Source of the DNA: Octopus vulgaris
Lineage: Eukaryota
Assembly: GCA_951406725.2 (NCBI GenBank)
Contig: OX597819.1
Coordinates: forward strand, 32,302,001 to 32,366,000
Direction of reading: 5' to 3'
Length of the DNA stretch: 64,000 nucleotides
Below are positions 57,845 through 64,000 of this stretch, one piece after another (position 1 is the first letter of the stretch; each line of letters begins with the position of its first letter). Made by a program: the position numbers and the translations under genes. The notes under the pieces are model-generated. The model was given only the letters and a program-made list of their open reading frames with translations. It ran no database searches and was not told the DNA's origin.

Positions 57845-58660
57845 ATGACTCCTTCTTCGTGCTTCTTCTGAAGCATTTCAGAATCGGTCCTATGTGTGAG
57901 TAGTACGGGTGTCATTTTCAGGTTGCCTAGTGACCTTCACTCCTTACATGCATACATGGTGGTCGTCTACTCTTTATGCAGAGTTTGACCACCTCCTATA
58001 CCTACACCTTAGCACCATCATGACATCTAATGTGGCTTTTAAAACCAGACAATGTTCTGAAAAGGCACCCAGACAGATTGCATATGCGATTTGGACCACC
58101 AAGAGCTGCAATTAAGTTTTGATCTTTGTGGATCTTAAAATGTCTTTTGTGGCCTCCGTTGGATTTGCAAACCTTCTGACATACACTGCATTCAAAGGTG
58201 TGCACAGAGATATAGGCAGAATAGTTGGTGGAGGTTCGTTTTCCATGGGTTCGCAGATGAGATTTGAGCCTAGCAAAGGACAGGCATAGTCTGGCACAGA
58301 CTATGCACAAAAAAATGTCATTGTCATTCACCTTCTCGAACGTTATATTGTATCTTAGATTAGATCCCTTTTGAGTCTTGTATGCGTTATCTTGGCCTCT
58401 TCAAATGCTTTCACTGCACTCCACACTTTTGTTCGCCATCTAACTCGACCCGAAGCAAGGATTTCTACGTCTTCTGGATCCATTCCAAGTGACTTCATAG
58501 TAGTCCTTATGCCGTCCTTAAACCTTTTTTTTAGGTTTACGCCGATAGCATTTGCCCTCTGCAAGCTCACCATAAAACTGTTGTTTCGGCATGCGTTCAT
58601 CTGCCATTCGAGCAATATGACCTCACCATCTTTGGTTCTTCAAAATCATAGGACATCTGT
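57845..58660 (-). mobile_element. RTE-clade LINE 3' fragment
   Basis: KKRFKDGIRTTMK...LASGRVRWRTKV..AVKAFEE followed by C2H2-like fingers (CIVC..LKSHLRTH; CSVC..HKRHFKIH). Confidence 0.8.
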
Positions 58661-58664
58661 GTTT

Positions 58665-58987
58665 GGAGTAAAATATAAGAGGACATCTATGGACCATTGA
58701 CAAGGGGTTTGCAGATTCAGTACCCACTTTCAGCACCATACCGATTACCATTTGGGCAACAGGATACATATCAATGCATCTGGAACAAAAATATGGATCT
58801 TGGGGAGAAAAAAGCAAATCCTTAATTCATATGCTATAAAGGAACACGATATTTAGGGCTATAAAAACCTCCATGACTTTCTTAAGATTTAAAGGATGAT
58901 GGTTAAAATAAGATATTTCCCTTTAGAATCTTGCTACCAAGTAGGTGGTCAAAATTTACTTTAATATTAAAAAGAGAAATAGAAGAG
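58665..58987 (+). pseudogene. Decayed R4-type 3' end terminating in (CATA)n
   Basis: DIYGPLTRGLQIQYP, TIPITIWATGYI, AIKTSMTFLRFKG stop; (CATA)n begins at 58988. Confidence 0.55.
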
Positions 58988-59130
58988 CATACATACATAC
59001 ATACATACATACATACATACATACATACATACATACATACATACATACATACATACATACATAAGAACATAAATAAAACTCAAAGGAAAAACATACATAC
59101 ATGCCTGCATGAGTGTGTATGTATGTGTGT

Positions 59131-59171
<41 letters not shown>

Positions 59172-59347
59172 CACTCAATAAAATATTGATTCTACACACC
59201 ATTTTTCTAGTGGGGATTAATTTGCATTTCATACATTTAGAGTGTGTTTTCGGTATTGCTTGAGTTTATGCTTATTTTAACAAAGCTAATTCACTGGTAG
59301 CAATAGTTTAAATGATATTCCTATTGGTTGATCAGAGGGTATAAGAT

Positions 59348-59902
59348 CAAAGCGGCGAGCTGGCAGAATCGTTAGCACGCCGGGCGAAATGCTTAGCGGT
59401 ATTTCGTCTGCCGCTACGTTCTGAGTTTAAATAAGTACCAGTTACGCACTGGTTCGATATAATCGACTTAATCCGTTTGTCTGTCCTTGTTTCTCCCCTC
59501 TGTGTGTAGCCTCTTGTGGGCAGTAAAGAAATAGGTATTTCGTCTGCCGCTACGTTCTGAGTTCAAATTCCGCCGAGGTCGACTTTGCCTTTCATCCTTT
59601 CAGAGTTGATTAAATAAGTACCAGTTACGCACTGGGGTCGATGTAATCGACTTAATCCGTTTGTCTGTCCTTGTTTGTCCCCTCTGTGTGTAGCCCCTTG
59701 TGGGCAGTAAAGAAATAGGTATTTCGTCTTCCGCTATGTTCTGAGTTCAAATTCCGCCGAGGTCGACTTTGCCTTTCATCCTTTCAGGGTTGATTAAATA
59801 AGTACAAGTTATGCACTGGGGTCGATGTAATCGACTTAATCCGTTTGTCTGTCCTTGTTTGTCCTCTCGGTGTGTAGCCCCTTGTGGGCAGTAAAGAAAT
59901 AA
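59348..59902 (+). mobile_element. Family A SINE with three tandem ~184-bp body units
   Basis: One head, repeated GGTATTTCGTCT...GTAAAGAAATA; GATCAGAGGGT flanks at 59330 and 59903. Confidence 0.85.
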
Positions 59903-61249
59903 GATCAGAGGGTGTAACTCAGGGATGAAGGAATCTCTCCCGTTCGAGTAGCTACTTCTCTGCATTGAGAAGTTACAGCTTCGGTACTACGAAAATGTTA
60001 TTAGAGTATGGCAAGGAAGGATCACAAGATCCTCTTCAAGCCGAGGCAACCGGGAGAGGACATAGATATAGACCAAGAACCTCTATCCATAGCTTCAGTT
60101 GGTCGCGCTGAAGAGCCCAACCGGAAAGTATATTGACGGTTGCTGCTGATTGAACCCGAAGGAGGATGTGCGTGAGGTGCTCTACCTCTACGAAACCTCC
60201 CAGGAGTAGTGAGAGGAGATGATGGATGGAGGAATAGATTGCTGTCATCAACCGCTGAGCATATCATCGTACCATTCATTGCTTCGTGGATGATTGATAT
60301 GAAGAAAGAATAAGGGTGAAACGAGAAGTTAAGTTTGTGTTATGCAGTGATTGACTTGAAGCCAGAGAGATAATGAAGTTGATTACGATACGATAAATAA
60401 GTTTTAAGCAGGTGTTTGAAAGGTCACGAATAGCATAAAGATTTAATGGACTAATTAAATTGAAGTGTAAATGAAATGACATCCGTAAATCAAAAAATAA
60501 TTATATAAATACATACATAAATGACTGAATCCACATACAGGAATCAAAATCTTTAAGATTTGTGTGTTCCGAGCATTTTCAGCAGTAGAGAAGACAAGAC
60601 CGTATTGGATGATTCTTTTACATAGAAACCCTATAGAATACAAACGATGGAAGAGTCAATAAAATCTGCTTGGTGTGAATTCATTATCGTTTTAAGTATC
60701 TTTTCAATGTTAGATAAATGTCTATAGGGAAAACGTTTTCGAAGATTGGAATGGATTTTGCAAATTTTAAATTAGTGGGCAGTATTCCAATTGTACGAGA
60801 TAGATTAAATTGTGTGCACCATTGGTTTAGATGCATCGTGTTCAAGAAGTTTTAGGAGTTGGGTAGATATACCGTAAGGACAATACACTTTCTTGGACTT
60901 TTAATGGGATGTAAGATAAAATTCTCTGCGGAAGAGCTGGAGAAATATAGAGTGAAAAATTAGGATTCCAAGGAAGTCATGTGTAAAGAATATTCTATTA
61001 TTGTCAATGTTAACAGAGATACCTAAGAGAAGTAATTTGAGTGAAATGCTACCTCACCGACCGAGTGATTTGTTAGTTTTCTACTCTCTGTGATTCCTTA
61101 TTCAAATTCTGTTTATGGCGAATTTACATTTCATTCTAAATTTTGTGATATAATAAATTGTTTATACACTTCTGTTTAAAGTTTGAATCTTTGAGTAGTC
61201 AAAAGAAGCCACTTGAAAAAAGTTTTATTCTTTTCTACTTCAGGGACAG

Positions 61250-61615
61250 GACCCGAAATTTTTGGGGAAGGGGCCAATCGATTAGATCGACCCCAGTCCC
61301 AACTCGTACTTAATTAATCGACCCCGAAAGGATGAAAGGCAAAGTTGACCCCGGCGGAATTTGAACTCAAAACGTAAAGACAGACGAAATACCTATTTCT
61401 TTACTACCCACAAGGGGCTAAACAGAGAGAGGACAGAGAAACGGATTAAGTCGATTATATCGAACCAGTGCGTAACTGGTACTTATTTAATCGACCCAGA
61501 AAGGATGAAAGGCAAAATCGACCTCGGCGGAATTTGAACTCAGAACGTAACAGCAGACGAAATACCGCTAAGCATTTCACCCGGCGTGCTAAAGATTCTG
61601 CCAGCTCGCCGCCTT
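61250..61615 (-). mobile_element. Family A SINE with two body units
   Basis: Reverse complement of the same tandem arrangement. Confidence 0.85.
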
Positions 61616-61881
61616 TTGGAAATATTTTATCCAAATAGTAAAGTTTCCGGTAGGTTTTTTGTAATGTAAGGAAAATATAACGGTGCGTGGGTTATTAATA
61701 TTGGCGTAATGACTCACTCAAAACACAACAAAGTTTGTTTCAGCGCACGAATTCATATAAAAAAATCTTGGAAGATATATATTTATATATATATTATTTA
61801 AAACAATTTTATTCGGTTCCGTACTATTTCAAGTTTCGCAGGCCCATGACGGGAGCCCGACTCTGAAATGACCGAATGGCC

Positions 61882-61943
<62 letters not shown>

Positions 61944-62003
61944 TCCACACAGTGGGACTGAACCCGGAACTATGTGGTTGGTAAACAAGCTACTTACCAC
62001 ACA

Positions 62004-62465
<462 letters not shown>

Positions 62466-62466
62466 T

Positions 62467-62504
<38 letters not shown>

Positions 62505-62511
62505 CATGTAT

Positions 62512-62561
<50 letters not shown>

Positions 62562-62563
<2 letters not shown>

Positions 62564-64000
62564 TTTGATACTTTGATAGGTTTCGGCCATTATTGGCCCA
62601 GGCCATGTCTAACTTAATAGCACCACCTGGTGAAGTCTTTCAAGTCAGAATTTGGGCACTATGGCCCACTCAAGTAGAGAGTTATTGTTTACAGAGACAT
62701 ATCCGGGTGTAGGGGGTTTATCCGGGATTTCTTGAAGGAATCTGTCCAAAGACTTCTTGAACCCTATAGGGTCAGTTTCTGTTTTAATGTGTTTTGGTGT
62801 AATGTTAAAGAGAGCGGGGCCAATTGAGGTGAAATAATTGTGCCGTATTGTTGTTATGAGATGAGAGTGCGATTTTTGTTTTGGGCGGATGGCACGGAGC
62901 CCAAGCCTTGGATGTACCTTAAAGGTGATGCCAACATCATTTGGGCAATGCTGATGGAATATTTTCCACATCATGCAGATGATGTAGCGCTCACGACGAC
63001 GTTGGAGAGAATAGAGTTTTAGCTTTTCTAGTCGACCCCAATAGTCGAGGCCTGTCATGTCATCTATCTTTTTTGTGATTGCCCTTTGAGGTGCTTCAAC
63101 TTTTATGATACCTTGTATTGTGTGGGGAGACCACAGTGGACAACAGTATTCAAGGTGGGGTCGGGCAAAAGTGGAGAAGAGAAGGATAATGGTGTGGATA
63201 TCTCTCGACTGGAAAGTTCTGAGAATCCAGGAACACATTCTGCGGGCCATGTCAACTTTGGTGTTTATATGAGTGGCCCAGCTTATGTTGTTGTCCACAA
63301 TTACTCCCAAGTCTCTGATGTTGTTGGACGCCGCGAGAGTTTCACCTGAAGGAAGGGAGTATGGGAGTTTCAGGGCATCCTCTTTTCCAAAGTGGATTAG
63401 CTCAAATTTATCCTCGTTCAGCAGCATATTGTTTTTTTCTGCCCATTGGATAACAGCCAGTAGATCTGACTGAAGGCATGTCCGGTCACTCGCCTCATTT
63501 ATGACCTTCTGTAGCTTGGAGTCATCTGCAAAGATTTTTATGTTGCTGTGCTTGATGATGTCATTAATGTCATTAATGTAAATGATGAAAAGAAGTGGGC
63601 CCAGCACAGTGCCTTGCGGAACGCCACTACTGACTTTGGCTGGGCTTGATTTTACCCCTTCAACTACAACATGTTGAGATCTGTCTGTCAGGAAACACTT
63701 GATCCATTTCAGTAACTTTCCAGAGACACCAATGTTGGATAGTTTTTTCAATAGGATCTTGTGATCGACCCTGTCGAAGGCCTTACTGAAATCAAGGTAG
63801 ATGACATCGGTGTTGGAGCCCTCTCCCAAAGCTCTCAAAATGTCCTCAAAGTGATGCAGGAGCTGCGTTAGGCAGTCCCTTCCATTACGGAACCCATGTT
63901 GGTTGGAGATCAGCCGTCTGTTGCTTTCCAGAAATTGGGTTATTCGAGATCTCACCACCCTCTCAAATACCTTGATGATATGAGAGGTGAGTGAGATCGG
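62562..64000 (-). mobile_element. CR1-group LINE, 3' portion (continues beyond window)
   Basis: RT ORF, short 3' UTR with hairpin GGCCA-ATAA-TGGCC, tail (ATCAAAGT)2 joined to (TA)n. Confidence 0.85.
62645..64000 (-). CDS. LINE ORF2 reverse transcriptase (CR1-type), 5'-partial, uninterrupted
   Basis: PISLTS, QHGF, YLDFSKAFDRV, SGVPQGTVLGPLLF, FADD, RDLGV, RPHLEYC..LWSP; frame open to the window edge. Confidence 0.9.
   Translation of the reverse strand, partial: PISLTSHIIKVFERVVRSRITQFLESNRRLISNQHGFRNGRDCLTQLLHHFEDILRALGEGSNTDVIYLDFSKAFDRVDHKILLKKLSNIGVSGKLLKWIKCFLTDRSQHVVVEGVKSSPAKVSSGVPQGTVLGPLLFIIYINDINDIIKHSNIKIFADDSKLQKVINEASDRTCLQSDLLAVIQWAEKNNMLLNEDKFELIHFGKEDALKLPYSLPSGETLAASNNIRDLGVIVDNNISWATHINTKVDMARRMCSWILRTFQSRDIHTIILLFSTFARPHLEYCCPLWSPHTIQGIIKVEAPQRAITKKIDDMTGLDYWGRLEKLKLYSLQRRRERYIICMMWKIFHQHCPNDVGITFKVHPRLGLRAIRPKQKSHSHLITTIRHNYFTSIGPALFNITPKHIKTETDPIGFKKSLDRFLQEIPDKPPTPGYVSVNNNSLLEWAIVPKF

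Noticed and set aside
60000-61000. Possible very old LINE RT on the minus strand
   Set aside because: Only vague motif resemblance; no catalytic motifs recoverable.

Overview
Repeat-saturated, AT-rich eukaryotic DNA, most likely intronic or intergenic. The SINE families and extreme (TA)n/(AAT)n/(CATA)n/(GATA)n density resemble an octopus (cephalopod) genome; this is inference. Almost all listed short ORFs are microsatellite artefacts. Real coding signal comes from transposons: a near full-length R4/Dong-type RLE non-LTR element inside (AAT)n (about 5452-9457, three 1-nt frameshifts), more R4-type fragments, an uninterrupted CR1-type RT running off the right end, and RTE, Tx1/L1, Penelope-like (PLE), mariner, Chapaev-like and Helitron remnants. 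One candidate host exon lies at 38489-38751. The most notable non-coding signals are: (i) several type-I hammerhead ribozyme motifs with palindromic helix III and GUA cleavage triplets in (TA)n-flanked PLE-like cassettes, two as inverted pairs; (ii) a ~554-bp non-coding element without a tRNA head, found mostly inside (AAT)n in the same polarity as the Dong element, one copy carrying a tandem array of its own 5' end; (iii) an R4-type family ending in (CATA)n; (iv) recurrent fold-back duplications around TA tracts. All calls were made by eye; no searches were run.
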